This document shows positions 21,797 through 30,137 of a stretch of 64,000 nucleotides of DNA, piece after piece (position 1 is the stretch's first letter; every line of letters starts with the position of its first letter). The stretch comes from Candidatus Parcubacteria bacterium (GTDB lineage: Bacteria > Patescibacteriota > Minisyncoccia > Phycocordibacterales > UBA2100), in contig QZJK01000001.1 in NCBI GenBank assembly GCA_003599295.1, positions 88-64,087 on the forward strand, in the 5' to 3' direction. The translations under genes and the position numbers were made by a program. Under the pieces are notes generated by a model. That model was not told where the DNA came from, searched no databases, and saw only the letters and a program-made list of their open reading frames with translations.

Positions 21797-23038
21797 ATGA
21801 TGAGCCGCAATATGGCTGAAGAAGACTCAAAGAATCCAGACCACCGACGCCTTGGCCGCGAGTTGGATTTATTCGTGTTCTCCGACCTTGTCGGGAGCGG
21901 ACTCCCCCTTTGGACCCCTCGAGGCACTCTCGTACGCGACCTTCTCGACGACTTCGTGTGGCAATTGCGTAAAAAGCGCGGTTATCAAAAGGTGCAAATC
22001 CCCCACATCACCAAAAAAGAGCTCTACGAAACGAGCGGACACTGGGACAAGTTCAAAGATGACCTCTTTCGGATAACGACGCGCGAGGGGCACGATTTCG
22101 CGCTAAAGCCGATGAATTGCCCGCATCACATACAAATATTCGCGCGTCGCCCGCATTCCTATCGCGAAATGCCCCAGCGTTTTTGTGAGACGACGATGAT
22201 GTATCGCGATGAACAGTCAGGCGAGCTGAATGGCCTTTCGCGTGTACGCGCCATTACGATAGACGATGCTCACGTGTTCTGCCGAGAGTCACAAGTCAAA
22301 GAAGAGTTCCTAAAGGTGTGGGACATTATCGAGGAGTTTTATAACGCCTTCGGATTTTCGCTCCAAGTGCGTCTTTCGTTCCACGATCCAAAACAGCCTG
22401 AAAAATATCTCGGCGACAAAAAGTTGTGGAAATTCGCGGAGAGCATCTTGCGCGAGATAGCAGAAGAAAAGAAAGCAAACACGATAGACGGTATCGGCGA
22501 AGCCGCATTCTACGGGCCGAAACTCGACTTCATGGCGAAAGATTCACTCGGACGCGAGTGGCAGGTAGCGACCATCCAGCTCGATATGAACATGCCCGAG
22601 CGATTCGACCTCACGTGCATCAATGAAAAAGGCGAGCGCGAGCGAATTGTTATGGTCCACTATGCCGTTATGGGCTCCATCGAACGTTTTCTCTCCGTCA
22701 TTCTTGAGCACCTCGAAGGGCGTCTGCCCCTTTGGCTCGCACCAGTCCAGGCGAAAATACTCCCGATATCGGACAAGCACGCGTCATATGCTGAAGAGAT
22801 CGCACGTGTGCTGGGTGAAGCGGGGCTCCGCGTAGAAATCGACAGTTCGAATGAGACTCTCGGCAAAAAGATACGGAATGGGAAATCGGAGAAAATCCCC
22901 TACCTCCTCGTCGTTGGCGACGAAGAAGTCTCCGCAAAGACCGCCGCTGTCGAGAGTCGTGATAAAGGAAAGGTCGGAGCGCTTCCGCTTCCTGATGTGC
23001 TCGCACGACTGCAAGAAGAAATCCGCTCGCGCGCATAA
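21797..23038 (+). CDS. thrS: Threonyl-tRNA synthetase, catalytic plus anticodon-binding domains only (no N-terminal TGS/editing domains)
   Basis: DHRRLGRELDLF, class II motifs and FYGPKLDF; about 413 aa from ATG 21797 (preceded by GGGAGAAGAGAG), versus about 640 aa for typical bacterial ThrRS. Confidence 0.9.
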   Translation: MMSRNMAEEDSKNPDHRRLGRELDLFVFSDLVGSGLPLWTPRGTLVRDLLDDFVWQLRKKRGYQKVQIPHITKKELYETSGHWDKFKDDLFRITTREGHDFALKPMNCPHHIQIFARRPHSYREMPQRFCETTMMYRDEQSGELNGLSRVRAITIDDAHVFCRESQVKEEFLKVWDIIEEFYNAFGFSLQVRLSFHDPKQPEKYLGDKKLWKFAESILREIAEEKKANTIDGIGEAAFYGPKLDFMAKDSLGREWQVATIQLDMNMPERFDLTCINEKGERERIVMVHYAVMGSIERFLSVILEHLEGRLPLWLAPVQAKILPISDKHASYAEEIARVLGEAGLRVEIDSSNETLGKKIRNGKSEKIPYLLVVGDEEVSAKTAAVESRDKGKVGALPLPDVLARLQEEIRSRA

Positions 23039-23044
23039 CGAAAA

Positions 23045-23086
23045 CCGCCCGTCACACTCGCAAGTGTGTCGGGCGGATTTTCGTTG
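23045..23086 (+). terminator. Intrinsic terminator after thrS (convergent with surface-protein paralog 1)
   Basis: CCGCCCG-tcacactcgcaagtgtgtc-GGGCGG hairpin followed by ATTTTCGTT. Confidence 0.6.
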
Positions 23087-23118
23087 CTTCTACTTTGGAA
23101 CCCTTGCGGGCAGCGGCT

Positions 23119-24891
23119 TTAACTTCTTGCAATAACGATCCGAGGCGCTTTGCCGTTTTCGGAGCGAATGAACGTCATTGCATCCTTCGTGAGAGAACCC
23201 AGTGCGAGTTTCGTCGAAGAAGGCACGCGAAGCGGGATAGAAGCAGCAACTGATTTCGCGAACTGCATCGGTGCTTCCATGACCGGCGCGGGAACGCGGG
23301 CTTTGATGCCAGCGAACATCGGCAGGTAGTAGACTGCGAGATACGAGGCCGCAAGAGCGAACGCGAGGATCGAGAAGTAATAGGCCATTGTTCCAACGGT
23401 GCCGAGATCAAGGCCTGTGTATGGGATCTGTGTCAACGTTATCTGCGGAGGATATACCGGAGGCGGAGGGATGACCTGGGTTTGCGTCTGGCAGGTCGCG
23501 CTTTGGCCCTGCGCGTTGTACACGGTCATCGTGTACATCACGTAGCCGTCCGTGTACACCGTGCGAGAACCGGAAGTTGGGACAGAACCGATCAGGGGCG
23601 AAATGTATGCACTCGTCGCGTTGTTCGAGCCCCACGTGAGAGTCGCTTGCTGATTGTAGTTGTACGAGCCGTACCCATACTGCGGCGTGAGCGTTATCCA
23701 GCAGCTCGGCGGATTTTGGAATGGAATGGTGCTTACGGTGACAGTTGTTTGACACTGCGCGCTTTGACCCTGTGCATTGTAGACGGTCAGCGTGTATGTC
23801 GTTGTGTGCAACGGATACACAGTTTGGTTCCCATTCACGCCCACGTTGCCGAAATTCGTAAGGGTTGCGGACACCGCGTTCGAAGACGACCAGGTGAGGT
23901 ACGAAGAGCCGCCTGTTTGAATAGAAGACGGATTTGCGGAAATCGTGCACGAGGGCGTTTGCGCCTGTTGGACCGTAATCGTGGTCTGGCAGTTCGCGGT
24001 GCCGCCGGGGCCGGTCACGGTAAGTGTGAACGTCGTGTTCGAGGTGAGGTTGTGTTCCGCGTGCGAATCGTTGAGGGCGACAGTGCCGTGGCCCGAGAGC
24101 GACGCAGAGGTCGCGTTGCTGGAGCTCCATGTGAGTGTGGAGGAACCACCGTGCTGCACGTTGTTCGGATTCGCAGAAATAGTGCACAACGGAGCATTCG
24201 GAACCTCCTGAACGGTGACGAACGTCTGGCAGTTCGCGGTGCCGCCGGGGCCAGTTACCGTCATCGTGTACGTGGTCGTTACCGACGGCGAGACGGACGT
24301 CGAACCTGAAAGCGCGACATTACCGATGCCTTGATTGATGGTTGCCGACGTGGCGTTGGTCGAACTCCACGTGAGCGTAGATGAGCCGCCGTGCTGGATC
24401 ACGTTGGGATTTGCAGAAATGTTACACGCGGGAACAGGATTCTCCACAACGACGGTCGTCTTGCAAGTTGCCGTGCCGCCGGAACCCTTCACGGTGAGAG
24501 TGTAGGTCGTGGTAAGTGTCGGAACTACGGTAAAGGTGCCGCTTGTGCCGACAGAGCCGATGCTCGAGAGTGTCGCGGATGAAGCGTTCTTCGACGTCCA
24601 TGTCAGCACGGAGAAATCACCGGACTGAATTTTATCCGGATTTGCGGAAATATCGCACGACGGTTTCGGCTTCTTTTTTTCGCGGTCATTGTCGCGGTCG
24701 TTATCGCGACCACCTCCGCCGCCGCAACAACCACCGGAAGAACCGTCGCTCCATGCCGACGCAACTGAAGCAACAGAAACGCCGCCCTCATTTGAGAACG
24801 TCATTGAGAATGCAACGGTGCCCAGTGCAATCACGAAAACGGTCGTTGCGACCGACACTATCACTTTTCCAGAAACCGATTTGAAATTCAT
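23119..24891 (-). CDS. Surface protein paralog 1 (590 aa): signal peptide, five or more Cys-bounded Ig-like repeats, C-terminal IPYTG-TM-conserved tail
   Basis: N-terminal hydrophobic signal; repeated ~70-aa modules C.ISANP..IQ.GGSS.LTWSS.NATSA...TTTYTLTV.G.GGTA.CQTT; C-terminus QIPYTGLDLGTVG followed by a TM helix and a tail ending APRIVIARS. Confidence 0.8.
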   Translation of the reverse strand: MNFKSVSGKVIVSVATTVFVIALGTVAFSMTFSNEGGVSVASVASAWSDGSSGGCCGGGGGRDNDRDNDREKKKPKPSCDISANPDKIQSGDFSVLTWTSKNASSATLSSIGSVGTSGTFTVVPTLTTTYTLTVKGSGGTATCKTTVVVENPVPACNISANPNVIQHGGSSTLTWSSTNATSATINQGIGNVALSGSTSVSPSVTTTYTMTVTGPGGTANCQTFVTVQEVPNAPLCTISANPNNVQHGGSSTLTWSSSNATSASLSGHGTVALNDSHAEHNLTSNTTFTLTVTGPGGTANCQTTITVQQAQTPSCTISANPSSIQTGGSSYLTWSSSNAVSATLTNFGNVGVNGNQTVYPLHTTTYTLTVYNAQGQSAQCQTTVTVSTIPFQNPPSCWITLTPQYGYGSYNYNQQATLTWGSNNATSAYISPLIGSVPTSGSRTVYTDGYVMYTMTVYNAQGQSATCQTQTQVIPPPPVYPPQITLTQIPYTGLDLGTVGTMAYYFSILAFALAASYLAVYYLPMFAGIKARVPAPVMEAPMQFAKSVAASIPLRVPSSTKLALGSLTKDAMTFIRSENGKAPRIVIARS

Positions 24892-24980
24892 ACGAAATAA
24901 TTATGTTTTTGCTAATAACGATTAATAATTTTGGTAAGCAATGTTGGGAGGGGCGCATGGCGCCCGCTCCCAGAACCGGT

Positions 24981-25250
24981 CTACACGCAGGGATTCGCCC
25001 TGTACGTGTGGCCGGGGCGCAGCCAGCAGTGCCCGTTGAAGTAGAGGCGGTAGCCTTGTGCCTTGAGAGAGGCACGAAGCGCCCTCACCTCCGGCTTGTT
25101 GCGCTGCTCGTACTTGAGGACGAGGCATCCCATGTGGGGGACGTGCTCGTGCAAACGCCCCTTGGTGTAGTGGGCCTCGGCGGTACCGGCGACCGCGGCG
25201 AAGATGGTAGCGACACCGATGAGGACGGCACCCGTGAGAAGCTTGCGCAT
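24981..25250 (-). CDS. Hypothetical small secreted Cys/His-containing protein (~89 aa)
   Basis: Start at internal Met MRKLLTGAVLIGVATIFAAVAGTAEA (signal peptide) with AGGAAAGGA upstream; no known domain. Confidence 0.45.
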   Translation of the reverse strand: MRKLLTGAVLIGVATIFAAVAGTAEAHYTKGRLHEHVPHMGCLVLKYEQRNKPEVRALRASLKAQGYRLYFNGHCWLRPGHTYRANPCV

Positions 25251-25375
25251 CTGAATTCCTTTCCTGTGAGTGATGGATCTGCTCCGGAATCCTTGCGGAT
25301 CCCGGAAACGAACGAGCACGCAGTTACGCGTGCTACTGTCGAGTACAGTACCTGATAATCAATGCCCTGTCAATA

Positions 25376-25407
25376 GCAAAAGATGGCTCTGTAGAGCCAT
25401 TTTTTGC
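25376..25407 (-). terminator. Bidirectional intrinsic terminator downstream of paralog 2
   Basis: caaaag-ATGGCTC-tgta-GAGCCAT-tttttgc (A-run/hairpin/T-run). Confidence 0.55.
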
Positions 25408-25426
25408 TACCACGATTTGACAGTGA

Positions 25427-26572
25427 CTAATTTCGATTGTCTGAATTTTGCGACTCAGAGCGGAAAATCGCCGGCACTTCTACGCTGTTTTCCGTCTTCG
25501 CGAAGACTTCCGAAGAAGTCATCGGTGCACGAGAAGGTGCACGGAACGACAAACGGCTCGGAAAGTAGTAGACGACCATATAACCCGCACCGAGCGCAAA
25601 GAGTGCGATAGCGAACCAGTACAGCGTATTCCCTACCGTCCCGAAATCGAATCCTGTGTACGGAATCTGGTCGAGCGAGACGTTGGTCGAAGGCACCGGA
25701 GGAGGATACGTTGGGTACGTCGGGCCCGGATAGTACGATGTGCCGGTGACTGAAACATATGCGCTGCATGTCTGCGTGCGGCCTTGATTGTCATTCACGG
25801 TCAACGTGTAGTTGCGTGAGCTCTGCGGATAGACGGTGCGCGAGCCGCTCAAAGAAACGCTTCCGATGCCATCAGAGAGCCAAGCGCTCGTCGCTCCGGA
25901 GGATGTCCATGTGAGGTTAGTCGTTCCGCCCGGCGGAACCGTTTGCGGATTCGCCGTGACGGTGCAGTAAAGATTGCCCGGCTGGTAGTACGAAGATGTC
26001 TGACAGGTCGCCGACTGGCCCTGCGAATTGTAGACCGTCATCGTGTAGATCTGATTTTGCGTCGGGTATACGGTTTGCGAGCCGGACGTCGCGGCGGAAC
26101 CGATCGAAGAAATATTAGCGGAATTTGCATTCGTCGAGTCCCACGAAAGTGTCGCTGGCTGATTGTATTGGTACTGGCCGCTGTACTGCGGCGCAAGCGT
26201 TATCCAACAACTCGGCGCGCCACTCGTACCGGTAACAGTAACGGTCGTCTGACACTGACCACTCTGCCCTTCTGTGTTGTAGACAGTAAGAACGTATGTG
26301 TTCGTCGAGGAAGGATAGAATGTCTGCGAACCGGAGAGCGCGACCGAACCGACATTCGTGAGATTGGCCGAACTGGCGTTCGTCGAATTCCACGACACCA
26401 CGACCGGCGTATAGCTGGTTCCCGAGTAAGCAATGTTCGACGGATTTGCACTAATGGTGCACGTTGGCGCGACCTGCGCAGATGCAAATGAGATAGAGAG
26501 AGCGAATATCGCGATGCTTGCGAGGACGCTAATCGCAATGATACGTACTCTGTCGGATGCGTGTGTATTCAT
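25427..26572 (-). CDS. Surface protein paralog 2 (~381 aa): signal peptide, three Cys-bounded repeats, IPYTG-TM-tail
   Basis: Start at ATG encoding MNTHASDRVRIIAISVLASIAIFALSISFASA (the track's M at 26605 is a TTG); modules CTISANPSNIAY..., CWITLAPQYSGQYQYN..., CTVTANPQTV...; C-terminus LDQIPYTGFDFGTVG plus TM. Confidence 0.75.
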   Translation of the reverse strand: MNTHASDRVRIIAISVLASIAIFALSISFASAQVAPTCTISANPSNIAYSGTSYTPVVVSWNSTNASSANLTNVGSVALSGSQTFYPSSTNTYVLTVYNTEGQSGQCQTTVTVTGTSGAPSCWITLAPQYSGQYQYNQPATLSWDSTNANSANISSIGSAATSGSQTVYPTQNQIYTMTVYNSQGQSATCQTSSYYQPGNLYCTVTANPQTVPPGGTTNLTWTSSGATSAWLSDGIGSVSLSGSRTVYPQSSRNYTLTVNDNQGRTQTCSAYVSVTGTSYYPGPTYPTYPPPVPSTNVSLDQIPYTGFDFGTVGNTLYWFAIALFALGAGYMVVYYFPSRLSFRAPSRAPMTSSEVFAKTENSVEVPAIFRSESQNSDNRN

Positions 26573-26651
26573 ACTGAGTGCTCTGTTACGTGGTAATAGG
26601 TTCAACCCTTTTGAGGCGTGCTATTGGGACCATACGGGATTTTGAGAGTAC

Positions 26652-26657
26652 TGTCAA
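26652..26657 (-). promoter_or_regulatory. Putative -35 (TTGACA) of the paralog 2 promoter, with TATGGT -10 17 nt downstream
   Basis: Minus-strand TTGACA-N17-TATGGT upstream of the MNTHAS start. Confidence 0.4.
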
Positions 26658-26664
26658 CAATAAC

Positions 26665-26689
26665 GAAATCGCCCTTTTCGGGCGATTTT
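26665..26689 (-). terminator. Intrinsic terminator downstream of paralog 3
   Basis: GAAATCGCCC-ttttc-GGGCGATTTC palindromic hairpin flanked by T/A-rich sequence. Confidence 0.5.
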
Positions 26690-26710
26690 CGTTAGTTCAG
26701 AAAGCGAGAT

Positions 26711-27877
26711 TTAGCTGCGTGTTATGACGATGCGCGGTGCTTCCCCGTTCAAAGAACGCGCGAGCGTCATTGAGTCCGAAAGCATTGAGCCGGTCTTTGC
26801 GCGAAAGTCCTTCGCCGGCTTCGCAACAATAGTTGAAGCCGCGGAACGAGCGAATTGAATCGGTGCTTCCATCACACGCGTCGGAACCATCTGCTTCACG
26901 CGGAAGAGCGCGGGAATGTAGTAGACGGCAAGGTAGGCCATGGCGACGGCGAAGAGTGTGATACCAAGCCAGTAGAATGTGTTCCCTATCGGACCCCCGT
27001 CAAAGCCTGTGTACGGTATCTGGTTCAGCGACACGTACGGAGCCGAGTACGAGGGATAGTAATTCGGGTACGTGGGCGGATAGTAATAGTACGAAGGAGG
27101 AAGGACTGCGGTCGCAGTGTACTGCGGCGTCGCCGTGTACACAGGCGCGGGATTGTTCGTGATGTTCGTGTACGTGTTGAAGCTGTCGTTGATGCTGTAG
27201 TCGTAGGTGTTGTAGCTTCCTGAAATGCTATTGTCGATGGTCGTGTTCGATATCGGCTGCGAGGTGCCGACGGGATAGCTCGTGAAGAGCGGGGCTGTGT
27301 ACGTCGAAGACATAGAGTGTCCGACAGGTGCCGTGTAGTAAGACGGGGCCGCAATTCTAACCGGTGCCGCTACGCCGACGGGCTTAGAAACAGCTATGGG
27401 CGCAGAGTAGAGCGAGGGCGCTGTGTACGTCGGCACGTACGAATACCCGACATCATAGACGTCATACGCAGTGGCAGTGTAGTAATCCGTGTAGCCGAGG
27501 TAATCAGAGTTGCTACCGTAATACCCGAGCGTATCCGCGTAGTAACCAAGAGTATCCGAATAATTGTAGTACCCCAGCGTATCAGCACCGTAATAACCGA
27601 GCGAATCACTGAACGAATCCCAACCAGAACCGCCGTAGTATCCAAGTGTATCGCTGCCAGACCAATCGAAGTATCCAATTGAATCAGACGAGCCACTGAA
27701 AGAGCCGAGTGTATCCCACGAACCTCCGAAATATCCCAACGTGTCTGAACTACCTCCGTAGTACCCGAGAGTGTCCGCACGAACCGTGGATACAGGCAGG
27801 AGCAAGGTAGCAACAAAAATCGCAACGAAAACGCCCACGACAGTAAGTGTGAGATCGCCAGTGATTGTGTTTTTCAT
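26711..27877 (-). CDS. Surface protein paralog 3 (388 aa): Tyr/Gly/Ser/Thr-rich, (S/A)DTLGYYGG tandem repeats, IPYTG-TM-conserved tail
   Basis: N-terminal TM/signal; about 12 DTLGYY-type repeats; C-terminus LNQIPYTGFDGGPIG plus TM; tail VMEAPIQFARS...APRIVITRS closely matches paralog 1. Confidence 0.75.
   Translation of the reverse strand: MKNTITGDLTLTVVGVFVAIFVATLLLPVSTVRADTLGYYGGSSDTLGYFGGSWDTLGSFSGSSDSIGYFDWSGSDTLGYYGGSGWDSFSDSLGYYGADTLGYYNYSDTLGYYADTLGYYGSNSDYLGYTDYYTATAYDVYDVGYSYVPTYTAPSLYSAPIAVSKPVGVAAPVRIAAPSYYTAPVGHSMSSTYTAPLFTSYPVGTSQPISNTTIDNSISGSYNTYDYSINDSFNTYTNITNNPAPVYTATPQYTATAVLPPSYYYYPPTYPNYYPSYSAPYVSLNQIPYTGFDGGPIGNTFYWLGITLFAVAMAYLAVYYIPALFRVKQMVPTRVMEAPIQFARSAASTIVAKPAKDFRAKTGSMLSDSMTLARSLNGEAPRIVITRS
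27470..27770 (-). repeat. Imperfect tandem coding repeats (about 24-30 bp) encoding (S/A)DTLGY(Y/F)GG in paralog 3
   Basis: Repeated gtatccgagcgtatc / gtagtaaccaagagtatc-like units on the plus strand. Confidence 0.7.
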
Positions 27878-27889
27878 AGATAAGTTTTA

Positions 27890-27917
27890 ATTATACAAGA
27901 TAAAAATATATTGTCAA
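27890..27917 (-). promoter_or_regulatory. Consensus sigma70 promoter for paralog 3 (TTGACA-N16-TATAAT), about 12 nt before the ATG
   Basis: Minus strand reads ATATTGACAATATATTTTTATCTTGTATAATTAAAACTTATCTATG; no SD, implying a leaderless or near-leaderless transcript. Confidence 0.6.
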
Positions 27918-27995
27918 TATTTTGTACGCTTTGATTTTTAGTTTAGAGAGCGTGGCCACCCCGAAGATACAGGGCGGCCACGCGTAGTGTCGATC

Positions 27996-28691
27996 TCAGG
28001 TGCTGTATGACCTCTTGAGGCACGCGACGGCATCGTCGAGTTTGCCGCCCGCCTCAAGCCGTGCACGGACTCCCGGACCGAGGTCGATTCGGTTACCAGA
28101 GGAGTCGGTCACGGACCAGAAGTCGGTTCCCTCCCTGAGCCCGAGAGACACGAGACATGCGCTGACCCGCGGATACGTCGCATCGCCTCTCGGAACCGAT
28201 GGAGGAGCCGGCAGCGCGACATAGGGTGCCGTCGGCAGAGTCGGGGGAACCACGTACACCACCGGCGGTGGTGCAGGTGGGGTCACGACGGTCGGCGGAA
28301 GCGGCGGGGCAACCGCGTGCTGCTTCGTCGTTTCGTCGTCGTTGCCAAATCCAGCAGTAGCATTCGCATTCGCATTCGCGACTGCCCTGTCCCTTTCCGC
28401 CTGCACCTTCGCGATTTGGACACGCGAAGTTTGGCAGACGGCGTCGCAGTTGAATGTCCCGCCGTTGTAGAGGAAGGCGATACCGCCCGCCGCGAACAAC
28501 AGAACGAGAACAAAGGCGATGACGCCTCCGACCGACCACGATGAATCGTGAACAGCGCTAGTCCGCCGCCGAGAACGATCGCCGAATACTGGTTCTTCCC
28601 CTTCGTAGGTGTGGGTGTGAACCCACTCGACGGGCTGACGCACACGGCGTGCAGTAATCGGGCCAGTTTCGGCCGCTGATGTATCAGTCAT
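27996..28691 (-). CDS. Hypothetical single-pass membrane protein, Pro-rich
   Basis: Start MTDTSAAE with AAGGGAG SD; TM helix VIAFVLVLLFAAGGIAFLY; PPLPPTVVTPPAPPPVVYVVPPTLP stretch; followed by GC hairpin 27950-27983. Confidence 0.5.
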   Translation of the reverse strand: MTDTSAAETGPITARRVRQPVEWVHTHTYEGEEPVFGDRSRRRTSAVHDSSWSVGGVIAFVLVLLFAAGGIAFLYNGGTFNCDAVCQTSRVQIAKVQAERDRAVANANANATAGFGNDDETTKQHAVAPPLPPTVVTPPAPPPVVYVVPPTLPTAPYVALPAPPSVPRGDATYPRVSACLVSLGLREGTDFWSVTDSSGNRIDLGPGVRARLEAGGKLDDAVACLKRSYST

Positions 28692-28888
28692 GGCAATTCT
28701 CCCTTGGATTTGCCGTTGAAGACAAGGAACACGCCCCACCGGGAGCGTATCCCTGGTGAGAACTTAATGTTAATTATATCACTCAAAGACGAATTGTCAA
28801 TGTATAAAAATGGCTCAAAACAAGGACAAAAAAACAACGGCGGAGAGAACTGGTCTCCCCGCCGCCTTAGATTTCTGTTGCGCAGTCC

Positions 28889-29662
28889 TCAGTGGACTTG
28901 ACGAGTCTCACCACTTTCGCCTGCAGCCGTCTTCGCGGTGGGTGATGTCGGCGAAGAGGCTTCTTCATGGTCGATGGTCAGGCCGCCCACGGTCCCGGCA
29001 GGAATTTCCGAACGCACCCGCTTGGCGATGCGCGGGGTCGGAGTCGTCTCGATCCACTTGCCGTTCTCGTCTTGCACCACGAAGGTGAAAACGATGCCGA
29101 CCCGGTATTCCGTGACCTCCTCGGGAAGGCCCGTTCTCGACGGATGAAGCTTCGGTTCGTGGTCCGCGGGATATCCACCGGGAGGCGGAATGACACGAGA
29201 CTGCAAGGCAGCTGCATCACGTTGATCGAGAAAGGCCATGAGCTTCCGCTTCTTCAGACGCTGGATGATGCCGACGTCGAAGAGTGCGTAGAGCACGAGG
29301 CCGATGAGCAGTGCAACTGCATTCGGCGTGTTGAAGATCCTGCCGGCGTCGACGACGACTTCTCCGGAGAAATACGAGATGAAGAAGATCGTCGCGGTGC
29401 CGAGGACCGAGAGCAACGCAAGCACCGACCCGGTCGCATCGAGCCGGTATAACGCCTTGTTTGTCTGGTGCATCAGCCCCGAGAGAATGTTCGAGACCAC
29501 CCACACGACGAACATAGGGATGCCGAGCGAAATAAACGAGAGTTCGTATCCGTTCGGCAAGGTGACGTGATCCCAGCCCAAGAGGTAGACAACCGGGACT
29601 ATGACTGCCGTCGCAAGCGCAGTCGCGAATGCGGCGAGCGTGATGATGATTTCAAGAATCAA
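28889..29662 (-). CDS. Hypothetical polytopic membrane protein (about 4 TM)
   Basis: Likely TTG start with GAGGAGG SD; multiple hydrophobic helices; hydrophilic C-terminal half. Confidence 0.5.
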   Translation of the reverse strand: MILEIIITLAAFATALATAVIVPVVYLLGWDHVTLPNGYELSFISLGIPMFVVWVVSNILSGLMHQTNKALYRLDATGSVLALLSVLGTATIFFISYFSGEVVVDAGRIFNTPNAVALLIGLVLYALFDVGIIQRLKKRKLMAFLDQRDAAALQSRVIPPPGGYPADHEPKLHPSRTGLPEEVTEYRVGIVFTFVVQDENGKWIETTPTPRIAKRVRSEIPAGTVGGLTIDHEEASSPTSPTAKTAAGESGETRQVH

Positions 29663-29859
29663 GGCTAGTCCTCCTCATATTGCTCCATACGGAGCGGTGA
29701 ATCACCTACCCGCGAACGGGTAGGACGATGGTAGCGGCCGGAGCCGCAAATGGATATGAAGAACCATCGCTTAGCTCCTTTCTGGCCGCCTTGGCCTTTG
29801 GTGTGAAGTAACGCAGCCCCAGGCAGTCTGGGGAGCCGGCGAGATTGTACCTCAAAATG

Positions 29860-30135
29860 TCATTCTGTCAACTTTTCCCTCTCTATTTTCCGCTTCAGTT
29901 GCTCCAAAGAATCTGCAGCTTCGAGTCCTTTTTCTTGTATCTCGCTAATCGCATGTTCTTCTCGGATGGCATCGAAAAGAGTATTGAATAAAAGCGCGCG
30001 TCGCTCCTCTTCCGGAAGCCGCGGATAGTAATGCTCCACGTATTCGCGCACCTCGCCTTCCGAGCCGTTCTCGGTCAATTCCACAAGTTTCTCGCGGAAT
30101 GCGTCCAACTCTTCTTTTGTCATTACGGTGACCAT
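29860..30135 (-). CDS. Hypothetical small acidic helical protein
   Basis: Start 2 nt after the stop of the 566-aa gene (translational coupling); EEERRALLFNTLFDAIREEH. Confidence 0.4.
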   Translation of the reverse strand: MVTVMTKEELDAFREKLVELTENGSEGEVREYVEHYYPRLPEEERRALLFNTLFDAIREEHAISEIQEKGLEAADSLEQLKRKIEREKLTE

Positions 30136-30137
30136 AG

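Noticed and set aside
24892-24980. Promoter upstream of paralog 1 (TTGCTT ... CATAAT)
   Set aside because: Only weak matches with ambiguous spacing. It is not reported as a feature.
27470-27770. Possible CRISPR-like array suggested by short tandem repeats
   Set aside because: The repeats are imperfect, contiguous without unique spacers, and sit in frame inside a coding sequence (DTLGYYGG protein repeats). There are no cas genes. It is not a CRISPR array.
29705-29833. Two GC hairpins (CCTACCCG-cgaa-CGGGTAGG and CCCCAG-gcagt-CTGGGG) between the small acidic ORF and the membrane protein gene
   Set aside because: There is no adjacent T-tract in either orientation, so a terminator call is not supported. 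They may be structured 5'UTR elements, but the evidence is insufficient.
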